42,195 nucleotides of DNA, taken from positions 1-42,195 of the forward strand of contig CAZKHH010000004.1 of assembly GCA_964552485.1 (NCBI GenBank), written 5' to 3'. This DNA comes from an uncultured Dehalococcoidales bacterium (lineage in GTDB: Bacteria > Chloroflexota > Dehalococcoidia > GIF9 > AB-539-J10). The notes below the pieces were generated by a model, which ran no database searches, was not told the DNA's origin, and saw only the letters and a program-made list of their open reading frames with translations. This document shows, piece after piece, positions 10,116 through 18,378 of this stretch. The position numbers and the translations under genes were made by a program. Each line of letters begins with the position of its first letter. The stretch's first letter is position 1.

Positions 10116-10850
10116 GGTCGTCTCCTTACAAATGAGGGTGCCCCGAGTGCCCTTCGTGCTCGATGCGACGAGGATGGGCATGCCGTACACCTGTCCCAGC
10201 TCCACCGCGCGAGGAGCCATCACTTTGGCGCCATATGTGGACATCTCCAGCATCTCCTCATACCCAATGTGGGAGAGCTTATGCGCCTGCGGAACAAGTC
10301 GGGGATCAGCGGTCAGCACTCCTTCAACGTCGGTGTAGATCTCACAGACATCCGCGCCAAGACCAATAGCGAGTGCCACTGCCGTCGTATCCGAACCTCC
10401 TCTGCCAAGTGTCGTGACGTTGTTATCGGCACTAACACCCTGGAAGCCGGCTACGATTACGAGTCCGCCTTTTCTCAGTTCGTCCATGATCCGATGCGGC
10501 TGTATCGACTTGATTCGCGCCTTACTGTGGTTACCATCGGTGAGAATACCTGCCTGCAGGCCAGAGAGACTGACGGCTGGATAGCCCATCTTCCTGAGAG
10601 CCATCGCCATCAATGTACTCGAGACGATTTCGCCGGTCGACAGAAGAACGTCCATCTCACGTTCATCCGGCTGGTCTGTCATCTCATGCGCAAGGGCAAT
10701 CAATTCGTCGGTCGTCTTGCCCATTGCGGACACCACGACAACCATGTCGTTGCCAGCGTCCCGTCCTGTGGCAATACGTGCGGCAATATTACGAATCTTG
10801 TCCGCAGTTGCGACCGAACTTCCTCCGTATTTCTGGACTATGAGAGCCAT
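9612..10850 (-). CDS. lysC: Aspartate kinase (alpha subunit)
   Basis: VQKYGGSSV, VVVVSAMG, TLGRGGSDTTA, YTDVEGV and two C-terminal ACT domains. Confidence 0.96.
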   Translation of the reverse strand: MALIVQKYGGSSVATADKIRNIAARIATGRDAGNDMVVVVSAMGKTTDELIALAHEMTDQPDEREMDVLLSTGEIVSSTLMAMALRKMGYPAVSLSGLQAGILTDGNHSKARIKSIQPHRIMDELRKGGLVIVAGFQGVSADNNVTTLGRGGSDTTAVALAIGLGADVCEIYTDVEGVLTADPRLVPQAHKLSHIGYEEMLEMSTYGAKVMAPRAVELGQVYGMPILVASSTKGTRGTLICKETTMELQNKVSGIAHDTNVAKITVRGAPDHPGIARDLFEPLAKANISVDTIVQNVAVNGVTDVTFTVSRADVLKALSIVEPVARSIGAKDVSHDETLAKVSIIGTGMQNTPGYAARMFSTLSEHDINIQLITTAEIRITCIIAEERVQEAARALHEAFEVEFQEQQSEGT

Positions 10851-10859
10851 GGGCTTGCC

Positions 10860-12059
10860 TTATGAAGTGAATATCTGCATGAGGCGCGAGCCTTCGCTCA
10901 CAAAAGAGCCTGTCTCGCCTGCCTCTTTCTCAGTGAATCTGCCTGCTCCATTCGAGTCGAACCCTTCTCCCCACAAGAGAAACGGTACTGGGTCCGAAAC
11001 GTGGGTCTGTACGCCGATAGGAGTGGGATGGTCCGGCGCGATAAGCACACGTGTTCGCTCTCTGCCGAGTTCGCGCACGCGCCCTACCATTTCTGCATCG
11101 ATGCGTTCGATAGCCTCCACTTTGTCCTCAATCGAGCCATCGTGGCCGGCTTCATCCGGAGCTTCCACGTGGACTACAACCAGGTCCGCTTCATCCAGCG
11201 CGCTGAGCGCGCCATCCATTTGTGCGCGATAATCATTGTAGATGTCCCCGGTGACCCCGGGGATTTGCAGCACCTTGATATCGGCCATCTTCGCCAGGCC
11301 AAGCATGAGGTCTACTCCCGAAGTCATGGCCGCTCGCAGGCCGTACATGTCACGAAAGGGCGGCATCGACGGAATCTGTCCACTGCCCCAGAAGAGCCAT
11401 ATCATGTTCGCAGGAACATCTCCTCTTTGCTCTCTGGCCTTGTTCACTGCGTGGTTCCCAAGCACATCCACGGATCGGGCCATGAGGTCTCGAAGGAATT
11501 CGGAGCCCTGACCCGAAGGCAGATGCTCCGCTATAAGGGCGCCCGGAATGTCGTGCGCCGGCGTACACCTGGCATAGAGACTCTCGCCATGGTCAGCGAT
11601 CCGGCAGATGTGACGGTAGCTGATGCCCGGGAAGAACGCCGTTTCCCGGCCCCCCAATCGGTCATTCAATGCCTGAATCAATGCGTGTGACTCTTCATTG
11701 CTGATGTATCCGGAACTATAGCTGTGCATCCTGCCTTCGCGAACAGTGACAAGATTGCAGCGAAAGACGATCTCATTTTCAGCGACGGGGATCTCCATAC
11801 TGCGTGCCTCTATCGACCCGCGTCCACGATAATAGACCCTGGGATCATACCCGAGAAGTGACATGCAGGCACACGCACTGCTGGGCTCCATGCCCTCAGG
11901 CACCGTTCGCACTTTGCCAAGGAAACCCTCTCTAGCAAGCGCGTCGAGATTCGGCGTGTGTGCGACCTCGAGGCTCGTCCGGTCACCTTTTTCCTGGAGC
12001 GGCCATCCTGCCGCGCCGTCCATTATGAGTACGCAGTGCTTCATGGTTGCCGCGTTCAT
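10860..12059 (-). CDS. apgM: Cofactor-independent phosphoglycerate mutase (ApgM/archaeal type; family includes proposed homoserine kinase-like members)
   Basis: IMDGAAG, TPNLDALAREG, GRGSIEA, FRCNLVT, HVEAPDEAGHDG and PDHPTP...HVSDPVPF metal motifs. The start may instead be the second ATG at 12044. Confidence 0.85.
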   Translation of the reverse strand: MNAATMKHCVLIMDGAAGWPLQEKGDRTSLEVAHTPNLDALAREGFLGKVRTVPEGMEPSSACACMSLLGYDPRVYYRGRGSIEARSMEIPVAENEIVFRCNLVTVREGRMHSYSSGYISNEESHALIQALNDRLGGRETAFFPGISYRHICRIADHGESLYARCTPAHDIPGALIAEHLPSGQGSEFLRDLMARSVDVLGNHAVNKAREQRGDVPANMIWLFWGSGQIPSMPPFRDMYGLRAAMTSGVDLMLGLAKMADIKVLQIPGVTGDIYNDYRAQMDGALSALDEADLVVVHVEAPDEAGHDGSIEDKVEAIERIDAEMVGRVRELGRERTRVLIAPDHPTPIGVQTHVSDPVPFLLWGEGFDSNGAGRFTEKEAGETGSFVSEGSRLMQIFTS

Positions 12060-12070
12060 AGAAGGTATCT

Positions 12071-12080
12071 ATGATATCAT
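12071..12080. promoter_or_regulatory. Palindromic ATGATATCAT element giving an extended -10 (TGn-TATCAT) on both strands
   Basis: Perfect 10-bp palindrome in the 28-bp gap between divergent apgM and tRNA-Pro. Confidence 0.5.
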
Positions 12081-12087
12081 GGAGTCA

Positions 12088-12161
12088 CGGGGCGTAGCGC
12101 AGTCTGGTAGCGCGCAGCGTTCGGGACGCTGAGGCCGGAGGTTCGAGTCCTCTCGCCCCGA
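12088..12161 (+). tRNA. tRNA-Pro (anticodon CGG), CCA not encoded
   Basis: Acceptor stem CGGGGCG/CGCCCCG plus discriminator A, D arm GCGC-AGTCTGGTA-GCGC, anticodon arm CAGCG-TT-CGG-GA-CGCTG, T arm with GGTTCGAGTCC. Confidence 0.96.
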
Positions 12162-12283
12162 GTCTTTTTCTCCTGAAGCTTCATTATCCCCTTTTCTTGC
12201 CGGCATGCTTTTACGCGGCATGGCAGTCCCAATGCTCGTATGCTACCATCGCGGCGATACCGTTACATAACAGGAGGGGCGCA

Positions 12284-13744
12284 ATGGCTCTCAAGTCTCC
12301 CGAGCAGTTCAAGGAATCCCTTAGCAGGCTCCGGCCGAATATGTACAAGTTCGGCGACCTCATACAGGACGTGACCGCCAATCCGCACACAAGAGGTACG
12401 ATAGAGGGACACGCTCAACTCTATGCCGCGGCACTCGATCCACAGTACGCCGACATGTTCTCAACCACCTCTCATCTTACGGGCGACAAAGTGTCCAGAT
12501 ACCTCGCGATAAACCGTGGCCCGGAAGACATGATCGCCAACTGCAAGATGAAGCGAGCGGCATACCATCTGACCGGTACATGTACGGGCGGGCGTTGCGC
12601 CGGATACAACTGCCTCAATTCAATGTGGGCCACCACCTACGACATGGATCAGGACCTCGGAACGGACTATCACCAGCGTCTTTCTGACTGGCTGCGATAC
12701 GCACAGGACAACGATCTCACTGTCTCCGGCGCACTGAGCGATCCGAAAGGCAACCGATCTCTGCCGCCTTCTCAGCAGGACGATCCGGACATGAACGTAC
12801 ACGTGGTGGACGTTCGTGATGACGGTATCGTCGTGCGCGGCGCGAAAACCATGATCTGTGGCGTTGCGGCTGCACAGGAGATCTTCGTCCTTCCGGGGTC
12901 AGGCTACAAGGAGACCGACCACGACTACTCTGTTTCGTTCGTGATACCGAAGGATATCGAAGGTCTGACGATAGTGGAGGCACGGCATCCGAGCGACACC
13001 AGGGAAGCGGAAGAGGGTTTTGACGTACCTGTCAAGATAGGAGGCATCACCCAGGCGTACCTCTTCTTTGAGGATGTATTCGTGCCGAAGGAACGAGTAT
13101 TCATGTGCCGTGAGTTCAAGTACTCGGGCTCTGCGGTCATGAACTTCATCAGTCCCTATCGTGCAGCTATCGGAGGCTGCGTAGCGGGCCAGGGAGATGT
13201 GATGGCCGGTGCCGCCGCCCTCATCGCACGTGCAAACGGCCTCTCTACGAGAGCATTCAACGATAAGCTGATCCAGATGTACGTCAACAACGAGACCACC
13301 TTCGGCATGGGAGTTGCCGCGTCTGCCCTGGGCAAGCCGCATCCTTCGGGGGCCTGGCTGACGGACCCTCTGCTCGCAAACGTCAATAAGGTACACGTGG
13401 CCACACTTCCGTACGAAACAAAGCGTCTGACCCAGGAAATCGCAGGCGGCATAGGTGAAACCGGCTGCCTGCCAAGCTATGCCGATTTCAACAACCCGGA
13501 ATACGGTCATCTCGTCCAGAAGTACCTGAAGGCAGCATCCTCTGCGGAGTCCCGGGCCAAGATTGCGCGGCTCATAGAGTGGCTTACTCTGGGTGCGGGA
13601 GTGCCGGGATGCATGCACGGAGGAGGCTCACCTGAGGGTGCTAAACTGATTGTGCGGCTTAACGCCGGACAGGACAGCTCAATCGAGTATGCCCGCCGGC
13701 TGATTGCACTTGAAGAGCCTATCGAGGAGCCCGCAAAGAAATAG
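12284..13744 (+). CDS. 4-hydroxybutyryl-CoA dehydratase / 4-hydroxyphenylacetate 3-hydroxylase family flavoprotein (divergent AbfD-like)
   Basis: TGTCTGGRC Cys motif, GALSDPKGNRS, DGIVVRGAK, FEDVFVPKERVF, QEIAGG and MHGGGSP. ATG at 12284 follows AGGAGG. Confidence 0.85.
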   Translation: MALKSPEQFKESLSRLRPNMYKFGDLIQDVTANPHTRGTIEGHAQLYAAALDPQYADMFSTTSHLTGDKVSRYLAINRGPEDMIANCKMKRAAYHLTGTCTGGRCAGYNCLNSMWATTYDMDQDLGTDYHQRLSDWLRYAQDNDLTVSGALSDPKGNRSLPPSQQDDPDMNVHVVDVRDDGIVVRGAKTMICGVAAAQEIFVLPGSGYKETDHDYSVSFVIPKDIEGLTIVEARHPSDTREAEEGFDVPVKIGGITQAYLFFEDVFVPKERVFMCREFKYSGSAVMNFISPYRAAIGGCVAGQGDVMAGAAALIARANGLSTRAFNDKLIQMYVNNETTFGMGVAASALGKPHPSGAWLTDPLLANVNKVHVATLPYETKRLTQEIAGGIGETGCLPSYADFNNPEYGHLVQKYLKAASSAESRAKIARLIEWLTLGAGVPGCMHGGGSPEGAKLIVRLNAGQDSSIEYARRLIALEEPIEEPAKK

Positions 13745-13866
13745 CAGGGGTTCACGCCAACACCTGCTCCGCTCGAATTGGGCGGCTGTCGCTGCACGCA
13801 CCCGCCCCGGACGTATACAATATGCAGATTGCCATCAGATTCCATTCATAAGGAGGTTAACTGAAC

Positions 13867-15015
13867 ATGGGTAAATTCCCGTATTTCTCGGACGTACATG
13901 AGGAGATCAGGGAAATCGCTCGAGGAGCAGCGGAAGAATTCAAGAAGACCGCTGAGGAAGCCGACCGGAAACACGACTATGAACTGGTCAAGAAGAATCT
14001 CAAGCGGCTTGCGGAGCTGAACCTGATAGGCATTCACGTTCCGTCCGAGTACGGCGGCGAAGGTCTCGACCTTGTTGGCCATTTCGTGGCGCTTGAGGAG
14101 ATAGCGAAAGGCTGTCTTTCGACTGCCTTCTCATTCAATACGCAACGTCTCGCGATGGACGGAATCCGGCTGGGCGGCAACGAAGAGCAGAAGAAGAAGT
14201 ACCTCACCGCCGCCTGCAACGGTTCCATCATCTCTTTCGCGACAACTGAGCCGGAAGCCGGTTCTGATGTCGCCTCGATGAAGGCCACCGCAGTCAAGAA
14301 GGACGACTCGTGGGTAATCAATGGCACGAAACACTACATTACAAACGCGATGATTGCAGATGCTCACGTGCTGTTCGCAAAGACAGATCCCGGTGACGGT
14401 TCGACGGCCTTCACGGGCTTCATCGTGGACGACGATAATCCGGGCATTAAGATGAGCAAGGTTGAAGACAAACTGGGCGCAACGGCCTCACCGACAACCG
14501 AGTACTTCGTTGAAGACTGCAAGGTTGGTGACGATGCCGTACTCGGCACTGTGCACAAGGGCATGCCTCTCGCGCTCTCGGCCCTTGAGATTGCCCGCAT
14601 CGGTATCGGAACTCAGGCTCTTGGCCTGATGCAGGTTGCCATGGATCAGGCTGTCATGTACTCGAAGGAACGCGTGCAGTTCGGCCGCCCCATCGGCAAG
14701 AATCAGGCCATTCAATTCCATATCGCCAATATGGCCTCTCGCGTGGAAATCGCGACGAACCTGCTCTACCATGCCGCGTGGCTGAAGGATAACGGTATGC
14801 CGGCGGGCAGGGAAGCTGCGATTGCGAAGCTGTTTGCCACAGAGGAATGCACCTGGGTCTGCAACATGGCCATGAACGTGCTCTGCGGCCCCGGTTACAC
14901 GACGGATTACCCCGTCGAGCGTTTCTACCGGGACACCAAGGTGCTCGAGATGGGTGGTGGCACTTCCGAAATCATGCGCATGATTATCTCGCGCGACGTC
15001 ATGGGCAAGTTCTAG
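13867..15015 (+). CDS. Acyl-CoA dehydrogenase family protein
   Basis: PSEYGG, FATTEPEAGSD, INGTKHYITN, ERVQFGRPI..NQAIQF, ERFYRD and GGGTSEI; AAGGAGG SD. Confidence 0.93.
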   Translation: MGKFPYFSDVHEEIREIARGAAEEFKKTAEEADRKHDYELVKKNLKRLAELNLIGIHVPSEYGGEGLDLVGHFVALEEIAKGCLSTAFSFNTQRLAMDGIRLGGNEEQKKKYLTAACNGSIISFATTEPEAGSDVASMKATAVKKDDSWVINGTKHYITNAMIADAHVLFAKTDPGDGSTAFTGFIVDDDNPGIKMSKVEDKLGATASPTTEYFVEDCKVGDDAVLGTVHKGMPLALSALEIARIGIGTQALGLMQVAMDQAVMYSKERVQFGRPIGKNQAIQFHIANMASRVEIATNLLYHAAWLKDNGMPAGREAAIAKLFATEECTWVCNMAMNVLCGPGYTTDYPVERFYRDTKVLEMGGGTSEIMRMIISRDVMGKF

Positions 15016-15032
15016 TAGTATGTCTTCTACCG

Positions 15033-15060
15033 GGCGGCGTCCGTGCCTATGGACGCCGCC
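15033..15060 (+). other. GC-rich intergenic stem-loop with no U-tract (possible mRNA stability or processing element)
   Basis: GGCGGCGTCC-GTGCCTAT-GGACGCCGCC, a perfect 10-bp stem between the acyl-CoA dehydrogenase gene and etfB. Confidence 0.6.
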
Positions 15061-15093
15061 TCCGGAGAGGCAAGAGGAAGGAGGTGTGCTGAG

Positions 15094-15879
15094 TTGCATA
15101 TTATCGTGCTCGCGAAACAAGTCCCGGACATCGAACGAGTACAGTTCGACAAGGACACCCACTGGGTCGATCGCAAATCAACCGATTCCGAAATCAATCC
15201 CTTTGACCTGAACGCTATCGAAGCTGCCCAGCAGATGAAGGAAAAGCTCGGTGCGACCGTGACGGTCATCTCCATGGGCCCGCCCGGCGCAGAGGCCGTG
15301 CTCCGCGAGTGCATCGCGCGCAATGCCGATCGCGGCGTACTTGTGACCGATCAGAAGCTCAAGGGTTCAGACACACTGGCAACATCTCGCGCGTTGGCAG
15401 GCGCTATCAAGAAGGTGGGTGACTTCGATCTCATCCTCTGTGGCGAGAAGACTGTCGACGGTGATTCCTCTCAAATAGGCCCGGGGGTAGCGGAGCGTTT
15501 GAACATACCTCACATGGCTTTTGTCTCCGAAATCGCCGACGTCGACGAGAATAAGATCAACGTGACCGTTGAGACAGCATCCGGCTCGCTCCGCGCCGAA
15601 TCCCCTTTCCCTGTCCTGATAACATGTACGAAGGAGCTCAATATCCCACGGCTTCCGAGCTTGAAGGACAAGATGCGCGCCCGTAAGACCGAGACTGAGA
15701 AATGGTCTGCAGCAGACGTGGCCGAGGAATCCAAGGTTGGCGCGGCCGGTTCAGGCACAGAGGTTACGGCCATCGAGGTGCCTCCCGAGAAGAAGCGTAA
15801 GGGCGTCTCCATCAAAGGCGAGGATGCTGCAGGCGAACTCGTTGCAGCGCTTGACAAGGAAGGGCTGCTGAAAGGCTAG
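15094..15879 (+). CDS. etfB: Electron transfer flavoprotein beta subunit
   Basis: KQVPD, INPFDLNAIE, SMGPP, GSDTLATS, TVDGDSSQIGP and PRLPS. TTG start at 15094 follows AGGAGG. Confidence 0.94.
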   Translation: MHIIVLAKQVPDIERVQFDKDTHWVDRKSTDSEINPFDLNAIEAAQQMKEKLGATVTVISMGPPGAEAVLRECIARNADRGVLVTDQKLKGSDTLATSRALAGAIKKVGDFDLILCGEKTVDGDSSQIGPGVAERLNIPHMAFVSEIADVDENKINVTVETASGSLRAESPFPVLITCTKELNIPRLPSLKDKMRARKTETEKWSAADVAEESKVGAAGSGTEVTAIEVPPEKKRKGVSIKGEDAAGELVAALDKEGLLKG

Positions 15880-15883
15880 TGTC

Positions 15884-16855
15884 ATGGAGAAGAAGAACAT
15901 ACTTGTCTACGCTGAACAAGAAGGTGGAAAAGTCCATCCAATCACCTTCGAGCTTCTGGGCAAAGCACGTCAGATGGCCGATGCATCGGGCGGCACCGTG
16001 TCGTGTGTGCTGCTGGGCGCCGGCGTATCAGGGGCTGCACAGGACCTCGTTTCGTCCGGAAGTGACACTGTCTACGTCTACGATGATGAGTCGCTTTCCT
16101 TCTTCGACGCTCTTAACTACCGCCAGAACCTCGTCAAACTCCTTGACGAGTTGAAGCCTGACATCATTCTGTTCGGTGCGACGATTGTGGGCAAATCGCT
16201 TGCCCCCAGAGTCGCGGCCGCTCTCGAAGCTGGACTCACGTCAAACTGTGTTGCACTCGAACTGCAGGACGACGGGATTCTGAAGCAGACTCGTCCTGCA
16301 TTCACCGGCAACTATCTTGCCAAGGTTATCAGTTCCTCGATACCGGCTATGGCGACCGTCCGATACCGGTCGCTCGAAGCTGCTGTTGCTGATTCATCCA
16401 GGAAGGGCGAGATCATCAAGAAGGAAGTCGAGTCCGTCGCCTCCCCCATAAAGGTGCTGGGCAAGGGCGAGCCGAAGGAAGCCAGCATCGCCGGGGCCGA
16501 CGTCGTCGTATGTGCGGGCCGCGGGCTCAAGAAGGCTGACGATTTCTCAATGATTCAGGAGCTTGCCGATGCCCTGGGCGGCGTGGTTGGAGCCACCCGG
16601 CCTCTCGTCGACGACGGCTGGATCAGCAAGGACCACCAGGTCGGATTCAGCGGCACCATCGTGAAGCCCAAGCTCTATGTGGGTTGCGGCGTCTCCGGTT
16701 CACCGCAGCATCTCGCCGGAATGCGAGAATCAGGGACGATTGTAGCCGTCAACTCCGACCCGTCAGTGGCACTGTTCCGTATCGCGGACTATGCAGTCGT
16801 CGGTGACATCTACGAGGTTATCCCCCAGATGGTAGAACAGCTCAAGAAGAGTTGA
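15884..16855 (+). CDS. etfA: Electron transfer flavoprotein alpha subunit
   Basis: LAPRVAA, TRPAFTGN, GRG, GATRPLVD, QVGFSG, GVSGSPQHLAGM and AVNSD motifs. Confidence 0.95.
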   Translation: MEKKNILVYAEQEGGKVHPITFELLGKARQMADASGGTVSCVLLGAGVSGAAQDLVSSGSDTVYVYDDESLSFFDALNYRQNLVKLLDELKPDIILFGATIVGKSLAPRVAAALEAGLTSNCVALELQDDGILKQTRPAFTGNYLAKVISSSIPAMATVRYRSLEAAVADSSRKGEIIKKEVESVASPIKVLGKGEPKEASIAGADVVVCAGRGLKKADDFSMIQELADALGGVVGATRPLVDDGWISKDHQVGFSGTIVKPKLYVGCGVSGSPQHLAGMRESGTIVAVNSDPSVALFRIADYAVVGDIYEVIPQMVEQLKKS

Positions 16856-16879
16856 TCGCCGTCATTCCCCGGATAGAGA

Positions 16880-16907
16880 ATGGGGCGCCTTCATGAAGGC
16901 GCCCCAT
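16880..16907. terminator. Perfect 28-bp palindrome between convergent etfA and glyQS; probable bidirectional terminator
   Basis: ATGGGGCGCCTTCA|TGAAGGCGCCCCAT, followed by CTTGTT on the + strand and TCTCT on the - strand. Confidence 0.75.
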
Positions 16908-16926
16908 CTTGTTGCCCTCCCTATGC

Positions 16927-18273
16927 TCAGGCGCGCGCGCCAGCCCAGAGCATCCCGGTGCCGAATGACTCCCCGCCCAGCTTGGCCTGCAAAGTCGGCA
17001 CCAGGTTGTCAACGGGCAGCCGTATCTGGGCGAGCGTATCACGCTCCCGGATTGTCACCTGCCCGTCGTCGAGCGAGTCGAAGTCCACGGTAACGCAGAA
17101 AGGTGTGCCTATCTCATCCTGCCTGCGATATCTCCTGCCGATGCTCTGCGTATCATCGAATTCGGCCACGAACGCGCGACGGATCCTGTCGTACACCTCG
17201 CGGGCAAGCGGTGTGAGGCGCTCATTCCTGCTCAAAGGCAGGACAGCAACCTTGACCGGAGCCAGGGCCGGGTGTAGCTTAAGCACAACCCTGGTCGTGC
17301 CCTCCACTTCCTCCTCACGATACGCATCGCACAGAAACGCAAGGACCGACCTGTCAGCGCCCGCAGATGGTTCGATAACGTACGGGATGTAGCGCTCCTC
17401 ACTTGTCCCATCGTAGTAGCTGAGGTCTTTGCCACTCCACTCCGAGTGCTGTTTGAGATCGAAGTCCGTCCGATTGGCAATGCCCTCCAGTTCGGACCAG
17501 CCTATGGGAAAGAGGTACTCCACGTCGACGCACGCCTTCGCGTAATGGGCGAGTTCGTCGGCGGCATGGTCCCGCATTCGAAGCTTCTCTTCCCGGATGC
17601 CGAGCTCCGTATACCACTTGTACCGCTCTCCTGCCCAGTAGCTGTACCACTCCTCATCGGTTCCGGGTTTCACGAAGAATTCCATCTCCATCTGTTCAAA
17701 TTCGCGTGTTCTGAACGTGAAATTGCCCGGCGTTATCTCGTTCCGAAACGACTTGCCGATCTGTGCTATGCCGAGAGGCAGGCGTTTGCGCGACGTTGTA
17801 ACGACGTTCTGGAAATTCACAAAGATGCCCTGGGCCGTCTCAGGCCGGAGATAGACAACCGCCGCCGCTTCTTCAACGGGCCCCATGAACGTCTTGAACA
17901 TGAGGTTGAAGCTGCGCGCTTCTGTCAGTTCTCCTCCGCACGCGGGACATACCTGCGTATCGAGTTGGTCCGCCCGCCAGCGCTGATGGCATGCTTTACA
18001 TTCGACAAGTGGGTCGCTGAAACTCTCCAGGTGTCCGCTCGCCTTCCACACAGTGGGGTGCATGATGATGCTGGAATCGATGCCCACCACATCACCGCGT
18101 TCCTCCACCATGCTGCGCCACCACGCGTTTTTGACGTTGCGTTTCAGTTCCACCCCGACCGGGCCGTAGTCCCAGCAACTGCCAAGCCCGCCGTATATCT
18201 CGCTGCTCTGAAAGATAAATCCCCGCCGTTTGCACAGCGAGACTATCTTCTCCATCGTGATTTCATCTGACAT
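16927..18273 (-). CDS. glyQS: Glycine--tRNA ligase (alpha2 homodimeric type)
   Basis: [62 protein letters not shown] and [14 protein letters not shown]. Confidence 0.97.
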   Translation of the reverse strand: MSDEITMEKIVSLCKRRGFIFQSSEIYGGLGSCWDYGPVGVELKRNVKNAWWRSMVEERGDVVGIDSSIIMHPTVWKASGHLESFSDPLVECKACHQRWRADQLDTQVCPACGGELTEARSFNLMFKTFMGPVEEAAAVVYLRPETAQGIFVNFQNVVTTSRKRLPLGIAQIGKSFRNEITPGNFTFRTREFEQMEMEFFVKPGTDEEWYSYWAGERYKWYTELGIREEKLRMRDHAADELAHYAKACVDVEYLFPIGWSELEGIANRTDFDLKQHSEWSGKDLSYYDGTSEERYIPYVIEPSAGADRSVLAFLCDAYREEEVEGTTRVVLKLHPALAPVKVAVLPLSRNERLTPLAREVYDRIRRAFVAEFDDTQSIGRRYRRQDEIGTPFCVTVDFDSLDDGQVTIRERDTLAQIRLPVDNLVPTLQAKLGGESFGTGMLWAGARA

Positions 18274-18297
18274 ATGTGAAAAACCTCCGGGTCTGCT

Positions 18298-18326
18298 AGC
18301 TTACCAGCTTGCCTGTGGCCACGCAA
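18298..18326 (-). promoter_or_regulatory. Sigma70-type promoter of glyQS
   Basis: TTGCGT-17 nt-TAAGCT with TG at the extended -10 position; GGAGG SD downstream. Confidence 0.55.
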
Positions 18327-18378
18327 AAGGTCGAACGTTGGGTTCCAGCAACCCGTTGGGAGGGTGGTTCACGGAGAG

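Noticed and set aside
9630-10865. 411-aa ORF antisense to lysC, and similar long antisense or alternate-frame ORFs (e.g. 17446-18270, 29296-30486, 36479-37477)
   Set aside because: They overlap well-supported genes and show no recognisable motifs; long shadow ORFs are expected at this GC content.
12088-16907. Genomic island integrated at tRNA-Pro
   Set aside because: No integrase was found, no duplicated tRNA 3' end was noticed, and there is no obvious compositional shift by eye.
18274-18378. T-box riboswitch upstream of glyQS
   Set aside because: The gap is only 105 nt, has no T-box consensus (GGTGGnACCGCG) on the coding strand, and a promoter sits about 25 nt from the start codon.
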